A DNA stretch of 64,000 nucleotides from Gammaproteobacteria bacterium (GCA_044445605.1 JBIOEA010000009.1:2314-66313), one strand, 5' to 3'; counted from the first letter of the stretch, positions 27,786 to 38,303 are shown. Program-made: numbers and translations. Notes: a model not told the origin generated them from the letters alone.

Positions 27786-28982
27786 ATGATGACCATGCTG
27801 AGAAAACCTTTTGTATTACTGATGGTTGCGCTATTTTTGGGCATTCTGACAGGGCTCTATCCCGTCCCATTTTTGGTTGCTTCGGCGAACACCGTCGCGG
27901 TTATCTTCGTTAAATTGCTTAAGCTAATCAGCTTGCCTCTCATCTTTTTGGCCGTGGTAGCCACACTGACGCAAATGCAAAGCGTGACGGAATTAAGATC
28001 GTTAGGCGGCAGGGTGCTCAAATACACGCTGCTCACGACGATCATTGCGGCCAGCATCGCATTATGTCTCTTTTTGGTGCTGAATCCTGTGCAAGCAGGG
28101 CTAACGATAGGTGCGGTGATTCCATCTTATGTACCTGATACCACGTATTGGGATTATTTATTGAAGAGCATCCCATCGAATTTGATCACGCCTTTCAGTG
28201 AAGGGAATGTGATTGCGGTATTGATTTTGGCATTGCTGATGAGTTTTGCCATTCTGCCATTGCCCGCGCGTCAAAAAAACTTATTAAGTGATTTGTTTGC
28301 CAGCTTGTTTGCGGCAATGCTATCGATTGCGAAATTGATTTTAAAGTTCATCCCGATTGCGATCTGGGCGTTCATTACACAGTTCATTGTCGACATGGAT
28401 GCGACGAAAGAGTTGACACATGTATTGGTTTATTTGATTTGCGTCGTGTCTGCTAATTTGATTCAGGCATTTATCGTGTTGCCATTACTATTGAAGTTCA
28501 AAGGAATTTCGCCGATACGCACTGCGAAGGCGATGTTTCCTGCATTGAACATTGCCTTCTGGTCGAAGTCATCTGCAGCAACATTGCCGATCACGTTACA
28601 GTGCGCGAAAGAGCGCTTAGGTATTTCTGAAAAAACTGCGGGCTTTTCCTTGCCTATCTGCACGACGATCAACATGAATGGTTGTGCGGCGTTTATCATC
28701 ATTACCGTGCTCTTCGTGTCGATGAGCAGTGGTATACATTTCTCTGCGTTCGACATGATTGCGTGGATATTCATCGCCACATTGGCCGCGTTTGGGAATG
28801 CGGGCGTGCCGATGGGTTGCTACTTCTTGTCCATGGCATTGTTAACCAGCATGGATGTGCCACTGGATTTGATGTTTGTGATTCTGCCATTTTATGTCTT
28901 TATCGACATGGTGGAAACTGCCATCAATGTGTGGTCGGATGCGTGTGTGACGGCAGTGGTGGATAAGGAAGAGAATCCATAA
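27786..28982 (+). CDS. Dicarboxylate/amino-acid:cation symporter (DAACS/GltP family)
   Basis: Polytopic protein with characteristic motifs (LKLISLPLIFLAVVATLTQ; GNAGVPMG...). The ORF 27741.. starts earlier, and the likely start is MMTMLRK. Confidence 0.7.
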   Translation: MMTMLRKPFVLLMVALFLGILTGLYPVPFLVASANTVAVIFVKLLKLISLPLIFLAVVATLTQMQSVTELRSLGGRVLKYTLLTTIIAASIALCLFLVLNPVQAGLTIGAVIPSYVPDTTYWDYLLKSIPSNLITPFSEGNVIAVLILALLMSFAILPLPARQKNLLSDLFASLFAAMLSIAKLILKFIPIAIWAFITQFIVDMDATKELTHVLVYLICVVSANLIQAFIVLPLLLKFKGISPIRTAKAMFPALNIAFWSKSSAATLPITLQCAKERLGISEKTAGFSLPICTTINMNGCAAFIIITVLFVSMSSGIHFSAFDMIAWIFIATLAAFGNAGVPMGCYFLSMALLTSMDVPLDLMFVILPFYVFIDMVETAINVWSDACVTAVVDKEENP

Positions 28983-29010
28983 CTTATAGCATCACTCCTA
29001 CCCTCTTAAT

Positions 29011-29038
29011 CTTTCGCCCACTTTAAAGGGGGCGAAAG
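29011..29038. terminator. Near-perfect 28-nt palindromic hairpin between convergent genes (CTTTCGCCC-aCTTTAAAGg-GGGCGAAAG)
   Basis: 9-bp GC-rich arms plus an inner CTTTAAAG palindrome. It lies between the convergent stop codons at 28982 and 29052. There is no U-tract on either side, so it may be REP-like rather than a canonical intrinsic terminator. Confidence 0.45.
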
Positions 29039-29051
29039 ATAATGAAAAGCC

Positions 29052-32000
29052 TCAAAAATTATTGCGTTGTTTAATATTTTTTTCACCCTTTGACCCATCA
29101 ATCGATTTTTTATAAGCATCGATCATCAGTTCTTGGAAGCGAGCATTCTCTTTAGTCAAGGCCGTATTCTCTTCTTTCAATTTCCCAATGTATTCATAAG
29201 CTGCCATGGTGATTTCATTCACTGTGAAGGTACCAGCGGGCGCATTTACTGAATTGCTTAGGTTCCGGATCTGTTCCTCAAGTACTTTCATACGCAAGAT
29301 CATTTGAGATAGCTGGTCTGAGTTGCCCTGAGCAGGTTGAGCATCGATGATGGTATCTGCGCCATGACTGGGCACCATCGGGGCTGAGTAGGGCGGTGGA
29401 GGGAGAAGCTCCTTGCCTAAATCTGGGTTGAAAACCAATGTTCTGCGCATGACCTCATAAAAATCATTATGCTCCTTTTCTAAATAGTCAGGAGCAAGAT
29501 GATACAAGACAGCACCATAGGCCCCACCGCCCCGCTGTTGCAGAGCACTGAGCGTCGCCTTATTGAGCAGCAGAACAATCTTTTGAACCCGTAGTTGTGG
29601 CCTCTCACCTTCCATTACCCAGTCCAAGAAGCGCTTGATTGAAGCATACGAGGAAGGAAGTTCATCGATCACCCCTATGGCAATAGAATTGCGTGCTTGA
29701 TGATCCATGTCGATAAGAAAACGCTCCTTATCAAGTCCTGCGATCTCCTTAATCAACAAATGAATGGCGGGATGTCCATTTCCAACCGCCAAAAACCATC
29801 GAGTAAAACGATCCGCATTCTCTCTATTCAAGGTGGGTGATGCGTTAAGAAAAAGCTTAAATAATCTCAGCAAGGTTCCCTCTTCAGATTTTCTAATCAA
29901 GGAGAACACGAATTTTGCTTCGCCAAAATATATCAAACCAAAAAACAAATTTTTCATTTGTTCTGAATCAGCAGGCCATGTTAGCATTTGATGCTCGCAA
30001 AGTTCAGATATTTTTGTAATCATTTGAACTGCAATAGGTCGCATGAATTTTTCACGCATGATGTGTAGACGGGCTTTATAAAATTTGGTTATATCATACC
30101 AATTCACGGTTACTGTTATCATATTCATATAATCGGGTTTATGCCAACTGCCATCGTAAACATATCCCTCATATTCATACATCAATCCATTGGGTTCAAG
30201 CCTATCTCCGATTTCTTTGAGTATATCCTGGTTGGACTTGAGTGGGAGGGTAAGCTTAAACTTATCACCATGTCCATTATAAGCTCCGAATGCAAAAATC
30301 TTGATCACGGTTTCACAAAGCCCAAGCCGGGCCTCATACGCCACAGCAGACATGGCCATGATTTGAGCATCTGTCATGCGCTCAAAATAACGGGTGGCAA
30401 GCACGAAATCGGTGTTCAGGAGATCAATAAACAATTGGGGTGTTTGAATAAAAGAGTCAATTTTTCTTTCAATCAAGCATGCATCCACTTCAATCGTTCG
30501 AAGATGATTGTTTCTAATGGCGCTTTCGATCTCTTCTTCAGTTGAGGTGAAAAGACAGTCTAGCGCTGACTCGAAGCGAGCCTCAGCCTTATACTCCTCA
30601 TGAAATTTACTGTATAAAGCCTGTGCCGCTTTTACATCATAACTTAATAGTTTTGAGTGAAGATCCGGGTTTGACTTTTGCAAAAACAGCCTAAAAGCAG
30701 CTGGAGGAAGTGCCATTAAGCGGATCATGATCTTTTCTATTAAGGCCTTGGATGCGGTTTTAAATTCAAAAATACTGTCCCAGGCCTTTTCGTCAAAAGA
30801 GGCAATGAGATGAAGAGCCGTCTTGTCATTTAAAGATTCAATTAGAAAATGGACGGCACTAAACATTTCCCAATCAAGCATCTGAGAAATGCGCGCATGA
30901 ATGGGACCTGCATCTTTTTCAAGGTCTGCGTTGAGATCAAGTCCTACGAGCCAGGCGTAATCCATTACCGTCGTATAATTAAATACATCGGAAAAAAATC
31001 GATCAAAAAATTGTCTCGTTGGACTCGGCTGGCTTAAATCGCTATGTGCAAAAATGCGTTGAACGCACAGTTCATTTGCAAGGATTAAAATCATAGCGGC
31101 ATCGATCCTTCCCGCGAGTTTTACTAATTTAGCAAGATTTTCGGGTGAGGTGGGATTCTGTGCTGCAAAAGTCGCCCTCTTCTTAGTCTGACCTTCCGTA
31201 ATGATAGGGGCACCAATACCGACATCTCTGAAATTTGCAAGTTTTGGAATAGGGTTAAAATCACTGTAATTAGATACTGAGCTTATTACCCATCCTGCAT
31301 TGTACTGAGCGGGTAGCAGAAGAAGTTGATCCATGAAGTAAGAGTATGCCGCAGCACTCCTTCGAAAATAATAGGCCACTCCTTCCCGAATCACATGCAA
31401 GCAGCGACGGAGGGATTGAGATTCTGCAGATTCTGCAGAATCTATTGGTAATGACGTTTCATTTACCCGTGTTACCAGCTTAAAAAGGGGGGAGCCGTCA
31501 CAAGCGAGTTCACGCCAGCTTGAGTGCCCATCAAGACGTAGCAGAAATTCAGCGAGAAGTGCCCATTGTTTTGACTCCACCAAAAAATCAACCGTGTTGA
31601 TGAGTGTCAATCCCTGGAAAGTGGTGCTAGGGAATTCATCCCTTTTAATCTTCCGGTTACTTTTTTGATAAAATCCGGTAAGTATAAGAGGAAACTGTTC
31701 TAAAACATAATTACGTTTCTGTTCTGCTGCATAGGCTTTTATTGCAGCGGACTTATTAAAGTTGTACCTCGTCCAGTCCGTTATGCTTTCAGGAAACTCA
31801 AAATTGGTTTTAAAGATCACCAGTTTTGATTCGCGTCCATCCTCATAAATGGGATATTCATGGTTAGCCTCTGATAAAATACTTTTGACCATGGTGAGCG
31901 TCTTGTTTTTTCGCATGCTCATAAAAATATCAGCATTATTCGAAAATTCCACCGCTTTAAAATCGTCTAAGTTCAGCTTTAGCGCCTTGGTGGGGTCATA

Positions 32001-32207
32001 GACTTCCTTTAATAGGCTCATTAATTGATGAGTAAGATTAAGCCCATCAATTTCAACTTTCATAAAAAGCGCGCGCACCTGGGTACGGGTTAAAGCTTGC
32101 ATCAGCTCGCCGGCCAACATGAAGTCGCTCTTGATTAAGTCCAGGAGTTTTTTTGGATTGAGTATAATATCTTCAGCTAACTTCTTGTTATTACCGCCAT
32201 TTCCCAT
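29052..32207 (-). CDS. Large (1051 aa) orphan protein, predominantly alpha-helical with C-terminal coiled coil; function unknown
   Basis: Long uninterrupted ORF with markedly AT-rich DNA (about 35% GC in sampled lines). I recognise no catalytic motifs. The C-terminus ...KVLEEQIRNLSN...TALTKENARFQELMIDAYKK has a heptad-like pattern. Confidence 0.5.
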   Translation of the reverse strand: MGNGGNNKKLAEDIILNPKKLLDLIKSDFMLAGELMQALTRTQVRALFMKVEIDGLNLTHQLMSLLKEVYDPTKALKLNLDDFKAVEFSNNADIFMSMRKNKTLTMVKSILSEANHEYPIYEDGRESKLVIFKTNFEFPESITDWTRYNFNKSAAIKAYAAEQKRNYVLEQFPLILTGFYQKSNRKIKRDEFPSTTFQGLTLINTVDFLVESKQWALLAEFLLRLDGHSSWRELACDGSPLFKLVTRVNETSLPIDSAESAESQSLRRCLHVIREGVAYYFRRSAAAYSYFMDQLLLLPAQYNAGWVISSVSNYSDFNPIPKLANFRDVGIGAPIITEGQTKKRATFAAQNPTSPENLAKLVKLAGRIDAAMILILANELCVQRIFAHSDLSQPSPTRQFFDRFFSDVFNYTTVMDYAWLVGLDLNADLEKDAGPIHARISQMLDWEMFSAVHFLIESLNDKTALHLIASFDEKAWDSIFEFKTASKALIEKIMIRLMALPPAAFRLFLQKSNPDLHSKLLSYDVKAAQALYSKFHEEYKAEARFESALDCLFTSTEEEIESAIRNNHLRTIEVDACLIERKIDSFIQTPQLFIDLLNTDFVLATRYFERMTDAQIMAMSAVAYEARLGLCETVIKIFAFGAYNGHGDKFKLTLPLKSNQDILKEIGDRLEPNGLMYEYEGYVYDGSWHKPDYMNMITVTVNWYDITKFYKARLHIMREKFMRPIAVQMITKISELCEHQMLTWPADSEQMKNLFFGLIYFGEAKFVFSLIRKSEEGTLLRLFKLFLNASPTLNRENADRFTRWFLAVGNGHPAIHLLIKEIAGLDKERFLIDMDHQARNSIAIGVIDELPSSYASIKRFLDWVMEGERPQLRVQKIVLLLNKATLSALQQRGGGAYGAVLYHLAPDYLEKEHNDFYEVMRRTLVFNPDLGKELLPPPPYSAPMVPSHGADTIIDAQPAQGNSDQLSQMILRMKVLEEQIRNLSNSVNAPAGTFTVNEITMAAYEYIGKLKEENTALTKENARFQELMIDAYKKSIDGSKGEKNIKQRNNF

Positions 32208-32281
32208 GATATACCTGCCTGCCTAATCGATAACTTGAGGCTATGTTACAGGAAGGCAAGGTAGAAGGCAAGCTGACTTGG

Positions 32282-34558
32282 TTATTCCTCTAAAGGCTCC
32301 GCATGCGCACAATTTTTAATCGGGCATACTTTCTGTTTACCATGTCGTTTGGTTTCTTTCTTCGTCATCATCAAGAAACCGCATTTCGGACAAGGCTCGT
32401 CTAATGGCTCGTTCCATACTGCAAATTTACAATCGGGATAACGGCTACAAGAATAAAATATTTTCCCGTAACGCGATTTGCGCGAGACCATTTTGCCTTC
32501 GGAACATTCAGGGCATCGCACCCCCGTATCCGCCGGCTTCTCCAACGGCTCGATATGTTTACACGCAGGGTATCCCGTGCAACCAATGAACTTCCCAAAT
32601 CGGCCATGACGGATTTGTAACTTCTTGCCGCAATCTGGGCAATCTTGTTCTAAAATCTCTGGCTGCGAGGTTTCTTCGCCATCCATGCTGCGCGTGTAAT
32701 CACATTCAGGATACGATACGCATCCAATGAATTTCCCACGACGCCCCAATCGAATCGATAATTCTTTGCCACACTTCGGACACTTTTCATCCAGTTTTTC
32801 TTGCGTGACATCACTGCGCTTGACGTTCTCTTCCGTGTGATCCACCAGTTTCTTGAAGGGGCCCCAGAAATGCTCAAGCAACGGTACCCACTGCGCTTCG
32901 CCGCGCGAGACGGCGTCTAACTGATCTTCTAAGTTTGCCGTGAAATCATAATCCACGTAATTCGTGAAATATTCCGTCAAGAATTTATTCACGACCTTGC
33001 CCACGTCCGTCGGGATAAATCGCTTCTTATCCATTTCCACGTACTCACGCGCCTGTAACGTGTGGATGATCGATGCGTACGTCGAAGGACGCCCAATGCC
33101 ATGCTCTTCTAACGCTTTCACCAAACTCGCTTCCGAATACGCGGGGGGCGGTTCCGTGAAATGCTGGATCGGCTCGATGCTTTCCAACGGTATCACTTGG
33201 CCTTCTTTCATTTCCGGTAATATCTTTTCATCGTCGTCGCCCACTTTCGCGTCGTCAACACCTTCTTGGTATACCGCAATAAAACCAGGATCCACAATCG
33301 TCGAACCCGTTGCACGGAAAATGTTTTTTTCGTCAGCCGCTAAATCAACACCGACCGTGTCAATTGTCGCATGAATCATTTGGCAAGCAACCGCACGCTT
33401 CCAAATCAATTGATACAACTTGAATTGATCAGGCGACAAATGGCTCTTGATCGATTCAGGCACATTGTTCACGTTCGTCGGACGGATCGCTTCGTGCGCT
33501 TCTTGTGCGTTCTTCGATTTCGATTTGTAGACGCGTGCTTCATCAGGCAAACTGTTTTTGCCATATCGGTTTGTAATGAATTCACGGATCTCAGCCACCG
33601 CTTCAGGAGCCAAGTGTGTCGCGTCAGTACGCATGTAGGTAATCAAACCTTCTACACCATTGCCCACATCCACACCTTCATACAAATTCTGTGCGGTGCG
33701 CATGGTGCGTTGTGCAGTGAACCCTAGTTTGCGCGATGCTTCTTGTTGCAATGTCGAGGTGATAAACGGCGCCGTAGGGTTGCGTTTACGTTGCTTCTTC
33801 TCTACACCGATCACCGTTAATTTACCCGCGGCTGCTTTTTCTAATTTTTTCAACGCTTTTTTGGCTGTCGCTTCATCCGTGATCGAAAACTGCTCGAATT
33901 TAACGCCATCCAATAACGTTAGCTTTGCATCGAATGCTTGAGGCTTGCCTTTGCAATGCGCAATGATCGTCCAAAATTCTTGTGGGATGAATGCGTCAAT
34001 TTCAGCTTGACGTTCGACAATCATGCGAAGCGCTGGGCTTTGCACACGGCCAGCAGATAAACCACGGCGGATTTTCTTCCATAATAACGGCGATAAATTA
34101 AATCCAACGAGATAATCTAATGCACGACGCGCTTGTTGCGAATGAACCATGTCCATCGATAATTCACGTGGATGTTCGATCGCCTCTAACACGGCCGCTT
34201 TGGTAATTTGGTTAAACACAATCCGTTGAACTGTTTTGCCTTTCAATGCACCGTGTTCCTTGGCCACTTCATATAAGTGCCAAGAGATGGCTTCACCCTC
34301 GCGATCCGGGTCAGTGGCCAGCAGTAATTCATCAACGTCTTTCAAGGCTTTGAGGAACGCATCCACATGCTTTTTATTTTTTTCGATGAGTTCATAACGC
34401 ATGGTAAAACCATGCTCCGTGTCCACAGCACCTTCTTTGGCGACTAAATCACGGACGTGGCCATAAGAAGCAATGACCTTATATTCCTTCTTGCCGAGGT
34501 ACTTTTCTAGGGTTTTTGTTTTTGCCGGCGATTCAACGACGACCAAGCGTTTAGTCAT
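32282..34558 (-). CDS. topA: DNA topoisomerase I
   Basis: TOPRIM N-terminus (LVVVESPAKTKT), the active-site Tyr region, and multiple C-terminal CxxC zinc ribbons. Confidence 0.9.
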   Translation of the reverse strand: MTKRLVVVESPAKTKTLEKYLGKKEYKVIASYGHVRDLVAKEGAVDTEHGFTMRYELIEKNKKHVDAFLKALKDVDELLLATDPDREGEAISWHLYEVAKEHGALKGKTVQRIVFNQITKAAVLEAIEHPRELSMDMVHSQQARRALDYLVGFNLSPLLWKKIRRGLSAGRVQSPALRMIVERQAEIDAFIPQEFWTIIAHCKGKPQAFDAKLTLLDGVKFEQFSITDEATAKKALKKLEKAAAGKLTVIGVEKKQRKRNPTAPFITSTLQQEASRKLGFTAQRTMRTAQNLYEGVDVGNGVEGLITYMRTDATHLAPEAVAEIREFITNRYGKNSLPDEARVYKSKSKNAQEAHEAIRPTNVNNVPESIKSHLSPDQFKLYQLIWKRAVACQMIHATIDTVGVDLAADEKNIFRATGSTIVDPGFIAVYQEGVDDAKVGDDDEKILPEMKEGQVIPLESIEPIQHFTEPPPAYSEASLVKALEEHGIGRPSTYASIIHTLQAREYVEMDKKRFIPTDVGKVVNKFLTEYFTNYVDYDFTANLEDQLDAVSRGEAQWVPLLEHFWGPFKKLVDHTEENVKRSDVTQEKLDEKCPKCGKELSIRLGRRGKFIGCVSYPECDYTRSMDGEETSQPEILEQDCPDCGKKLQIRHGRFGKFIGCTGYPACKHIEPLEKPADTGVRCPECSEGKMVSRKSRYGKIFYSCSRYPDCKFAVWNEPLDEPCPKCGFLMMTKKETKRHGKQKVCPIKNCAHAEPLEE

Positions 34559-34656
34559 GGGGTTCCTTTTTACTATATAGCGTTGTGCGAATCTAGCTCA
34601 GATTCGGGATAGATGCAAGGGGTGCGAATAAGTTATTCGAATTGCACTCAAATAAC

Positions 34657-34686
34657 TTGACACTGCTTGCATTACCTTGATAGTAT
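34657..34686 (+). promoter_or_regulatory. Sigma70-like promoter (TTGACA-18-TAGTAT) for the downstream small ORF
   Basis: -35 TTGACA at 34657-62 and -10 TAGTAT at 34681-86 with an 18-nt spacer, about 33 nt before the ATG at 34719. An upstream AAGTTATT...AATAACTT inverted repeat sits at 34630-34657. Confidence 0.35.
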
Positions 34687-34718
34687 CCTTACTCCAATGC
34701 AACCATGGAGTTAGTCTC

Positions 34719-35090
34719 ATGAAAATTCAAGATATCATTGATCAAAATCCCGAATACATCAAACAATGGGCACTTATACTCATGGAGCGCGAGAACGGTG
34801 ATGCCCATGCTGGCAATCCAGCGACTCCTAACCTTGTAGAGGTCTTCAAAACTGCAGAGATGAAAGACTATCTCAACAAAAAATATAAAAATGAAGAGGT
34901 AACACCCTACAGAGTACACTTCCATCTATGCGCTGTCTCGGGTGATGATGGCAGCCGCCCAACCCTGCTTCCCAGAGGCTACATTGAGCCTCGTCAAAAC
35001 CAGAGCATCTTTTCATTTTCCAATTCGACGGGTGTTGGTATAAATTCGAATGCAGATCATGATAAGGGCCCGTCCTGCAGGATAATGTAA
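34719..35090 (+). CDS. Small hypothetical protein (about 123 aa)
   Basis: Begins MKIQDIIDQNPEYIKQW... after a GGAG RBS. I recognise no domain. Confidence 0.4.
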   Translation: MKIQDIIDQNPEYIKQWALILMERENGDAHAGNPATPNLVEVFKTAEMKDYLNKKYKNEEVTPYRVHFHLCAVSGDDGSRPTLLPRGYIEPRQNQSIFSFSNSTGVGINSNADHDKGPSCRIM

Positions 35091-35109
35091 GCCGCCTTTA
35101 AGATCGATA

Positions 35110-35136
35110 AGAGGGCGAAAAATGTTTCGCCCCTAC
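35110..35136. repeat. Dispersed hairpin repeat, copy 1 (GGGCGAAA-aatg-TTTCGCCC-CTAC)
   Basis: 8-bp GC-rich stem with a 4-nt loop, followed by CTAC. It is near-identical to the copies at 50889 and 55889. It lies between convergent gene ends. Confidence 0.55.
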
Positions 35137-35148
35137 AAACACACGATC

Positions 35149-35631
35149 TTAATGCATCGTCTCGGTGAAATCGCCCAGCATCACTTCTTCGACCCACTCT
35201 ACAGAGGGCCCATCTTCACGGTTGGAATTGCAAAGTACCATCAAAATCACCCACTTAAGTTGTGTAAGGTCGATTTGAACGGACTCTAGCGCCATCACGC
35301 GCTCGATAACCATTTCACGTAATTGGGCATCGATGACGCCACATTCTTCCATCGTAAGAAGGAAGCCACGGCATTCTGCCGAGACGCGATCCAATTCTTC
35401 GGGGGTATAGATTCGGATGCCACCCATCGTTTTGACGCGCACGCTTTCGGTGCGGGCCTGCGCAAAGTGAAGACCTTCTAACCAATTGAACGCTTTATCG
35501 ATTTCAATTTTTTCGAAGCCTGCCGCTTCTAGTTCGTCTGCGAGCGTTTCCTGGTCTGTCTCTACCTCTGATTCCGTATCAAAGACGTTGTCAAACAAAT
35601 AGATTAATACATCAAGCACATTCTCTTTCAT
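35149..35631 (-). CDS. smg: Smg protein (DUF494)
   Basis: MKENVLDVLIYLFDNVFDTE... is the Smg family N-terminus, and the conserved smg-dprA / def-fmt synteny supports it. Confidence 0.8.
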   Translation of the reverse strand: MKENVLDVLIYLFDNVFDTESEVETDQETLADELEAAGFEKIEIDKAFNWLEGLHFAQARTESVRVKTMGGIRIYTPEELDRVSAECRGFLLTMEECGVIDAQLREMVIERVMALESVQIDLTQLKWVILMVLCNSNREDGPSVEWVEEVMLGDFTETMH

Positions 35632-36736
35632 GTTGCGCCCCCCAAGCCCGTGTGTATCCACCAGGCGTTGTTAGTACCAAACCACGAAGCTCAAGCTCAA
35701 CTAATCGACATGCTACTTCTTGTGCGGGCAAAGCAAGTCGGCTAATTAGCTCGTCTACTCCTACCGTCTCTGTCTCAAGGATTTCCAAAATTTGGCGATC
35801 CTCCTTCTCTAAGTGTGAACAATTAATCTCATTTTGGCCAGTATTTTTTTCATAATTCTGCCTCACAACACTCAACTCGATTAAGATGTCATCTAAGGTT
35901 TCAACTAACTTCGCGCCTTGCTTGATGAGCAGATGACAACCCTCAGTTTGCGCATTTTTGATCGACCCTGGGATGGCAAATATCTCACGATTTTGTTCCA
36001 AAGCGTGACGCGCGGTCGTCAGTGTACCACTCTTTACAGCTGCTTCGACAACCAGGACACCTTTCGATAATCCGCTGATAATCCGATTGCGCTGGGGGAA
36101 GCAGGGTGCTAATGGCTTACTTCCTAAGGGGAATTCCGTGATGATGGCCCCTTGTTTGATGATGTCTTTCGCCAAGCCGCGATGACGGTACGGGTAGATA
36201 TAATCCATCCCCGTGGCCATCACGCCGATGGTCGGTGCTGACACCTCCAATGCCCCACGATGTGCATAACCATCTATGCCCAACGCCAGGCCACTGGTGA
36301 TCGTCAGCCCCGCTTGGCCCAAGCCTCGAGCGAAATCGCCTGCCAAGGCGGCTCCAAGCGGTGTAGGCTTGCGTGTCCCCACGATCGCTATTTGAGGTGT
36401 CGATAATACATCGACATTCCCCATGACGTATAACCCCAGCGGCGGCATCGGGATTTCTTTCAATAATGTCGGGTATGCTGGCGACCACACAGGGACAAAA
36501 TGATGCTGGGATGATGCAGCGAGCCACGCTTCCAGCCGTTGACAGAACTGCGGGCAAGGCGGGGGCACCTCTGGCACGAGGGTGTCTAAATGATCGATGA
36601 TGGTGCGGGCACGGCTACGTGCGACATGACTTACCCAAGCCCAGTGTATGAGTGTTTTAAGGGGGGGCGCATCATTGTTATTGACATTTTTTTGCATTCT
36701 ATTTGCCTTCCTGGTATCCTGCGTGAAAATCGCCAT
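35612..36736 (-). CDS. dprA: DNA-processing protein DprA (Smf)
   Basis: Rossmann-like DprA core (GLALGIDGYAHRGAL...GSKPLAPCFPQRNRIISGLS) plus a C-terminal winged-helix domain. Confidence 0.85.
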   Translation of the reverse strand: MAIFTQDTRKANRMQKNVNNNDAPPLKTLIHWAWVSHVARSRARTIIDHLDTLVPEVPPPCPQFCQRLEAWLAASSQHHFVPVWSPAYPTLLKEIPMPPLGLYVMGNVDVLSTPQIAIVGTRKPTPLGAALAGDFARGLGQAGLTITSGLALGIDGYAHRGALEVSAPTIGVMATGMDYIYPYRHRGLAKDIIKQGAIITEFPLGSKPLAPCFPQRNRIISGLSKGVLVVEAAVKSGTLTTARHALEQNREIFAIPGSIKNAQTEGCHLLIKQGAKLVETLDDILIELSVVRQNYEKNTGQNEINCSHLEKEDRQILEILETETVGVDELISRLALPAQEVACRLVELELRGLVLTTPGGYTRAWGAQHERECA

Positions 36737-36771
36737 TATAAACCGAATTAACAGAGAGATGTGACGCCATC

Positions 36772-37275
36772 ATGACTTTACTGAATGTACTTATTTACCC
36801 GGACAAACGGCTATTAAAACCTGCACAGCCGATCGAACAAATCGACGACACTATTCGAGACATCGCGAAAAATATGATTGAAACGATGTACACCGAAGAA
36901 GGCATTGGCTTAGCCGCCCCGCAAGTGGGTATTTCACTGCGCTTGATGACAGTTGATTTGAGCGAAGAAAAAAATCAACCACAGGTCTTAATCAATCCTG
37001 TCATTACCGAACGCACGGGCGAAGTACAAAGCAAAGAAGGCTGTTTATCGTTCCCCGACTTATATATTGAAGTACCGCGCGCCGAAAAAATTCACATCGA
37101 CGCAACCTGTTTGGATGGCAAGCCGATCCACATTGAAGCCGATGGACTATTATCTAGATGCTTGCAGCATGAAGTGGATCATTTGGATGGCATCGTGTTT
37201 GTTGATCGCTTATCGCCGTTGAAGCGCCCACGTGCTATCAAGAAGTTCTTAAAGTACATGCAACAAACCGAGTAA
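36772..37275 (+). CDS. def: Peptide deformylase
   Basis: Motifs GIGLAAPQVG, EGCLS and HEVDHLDG. Confidence 0.9.
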   Translation: MTLLNVLIYPDKRLLKPAQPIEQIDDTIRDIAKNMIETMYTEEGIGLAAPQVGISLRLMTVDLSEEKNQPQVLINPVITERTGEVQSKEGCLSFPDLYIEVPRAEKIHIDATCLDGKPIHIEADGLLSRCLQHEVDHLDGIVFVDRLSPLKRPRAIKKFLKYMQQTE

Positions 37276-37284
37276 CAGGAAGGA

Positions 37285-38226
37285 ATGCCCGTGAAACCGA
37301 CGCTCGTCTTTGCCGGCACACCCGATGTCGCGGCCGATGTCTTGCAAGCGTTATGCGATGCAGGTTATCCCATTGCTGGCGTATTCACACAACCGGATCG
37401 TCCTGCAGGACGCGGGAAAGCATTAACACCCAGCCCCGTTAAAACATTCGCATTATCAAAAAATCTACCTGTTTGTGCACCCGAGAAATTTGATAAAGAC
37501 GCACAAGCGCAATTAGCGGCATGGGCGCCGGATTATTTAATCGTGATCGCTTACGGATTGATTCTTCCGAAAAAAGCATTGAGCATTCCTACATCAGGCG
37601 CATTGAATATTCATACATCGCTTTTACCGCGCTACCGTGGGGCTGCACCCGCACAACGTGCGATGCTGGCCGGTGATGTCACGACGGGCGTGACACTCAT
37701 GCAAATGGAACCTGGGCTTGATACCGGCCCGATTTTAATTCAAACCGAAACATTGATTCCTGCGGATGAAACAGCCGACAGGTTGATCCAGCGTTTGGGC
37801 GTGTTAGGCACAGAAGCCTTGTTACGTTTTCTCGACAACCCGAGCGCATTCCCACCCATTCCTCAAACAGAAAGTTTGGCATGCTATGCGCATAAACTCA
37901 CGGCAGAAGAAGCCGAGTTGGATTGGACAAAGCCCGCACCTGACTTGGAGCGTGCGATTCGTGCGTATCAGCCGTGGCCGGTCGCGTACAGTCAATGGAA
38001 CGATTGGCGTGTTCGGTTTTTGAAAGCCGTCGCCGTGCCTTCCGTATCGCATGACGCATTGCCTGGAACTGTATTGGCCTTCAGCCCCAAAGGATTATTG
38101 ATTCAAACCGGGGCAGGCGCATTGTGTGTGACACAAATGCAATTGCCCGGGAAGAAACCCATGGATACCGCCGCGTTGTATAACGGATATGCGAAACACA
38201 TTGTGGCAGGTGGGCGGTTTGTTTGA
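37285..38226 (+). CDS. fmt: Methionyl-tRNA formyltransferase
   Basis: N-terminal formyltransferase fold (VFAGTPD...LNIHTSLLPRYRGAAP) plus the C-terminal domain. Confidence 0.9.
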   Translation: MPVKPTLVFAGTPDVAADVLQALCDAGYPIAGVFTQPDRPAGRGKALTPSPVKTFALSKNLPVCAPEKFDKDAQAQLAAWAPDYLIVIAYGLILPKKALSIPTSGALNIHTSLLPRYRGAAPAQRAMLAGDVTTGVTLMQMEPGLDTGPILIQTETLIPADETADRLIQRLGVLGTEALLRFLDNPSAFPPIPQTESLACYAHKLTAEEAELDWTKPAPDLERAIRAYQPWPVAYSQWNDWRVRFLKAVAVPSVSHDALPGTVLAFSPKGLLIQTGAGALCVTQMQLPGKKPMDTAALYNGYAKHIVAGGRFV

Positions 38227-38303
38227 TGGCAATTTACCTGATTACGCTGTACGATTACAAAGTGCGAAGTAAAACGAACATAGTTAAATAACGGACACAA
38301 TAC

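Noticed and set aside
36117-36557. 146-aa ORF, Arg/His/Gly-rich
   Set aside because: It is an alternative frame of dprA on the same strand. Its composition is typical of a GC-rich out-of-frame read.
38227-38303. Expected rsmB (sun) between fmt and trkA, as in E. coli
   Set aside because: There is only a 77-bp gap and the gene is simply absent from this position. This is not a misassembly signal, because fmt's stop and trkA's start are clean.
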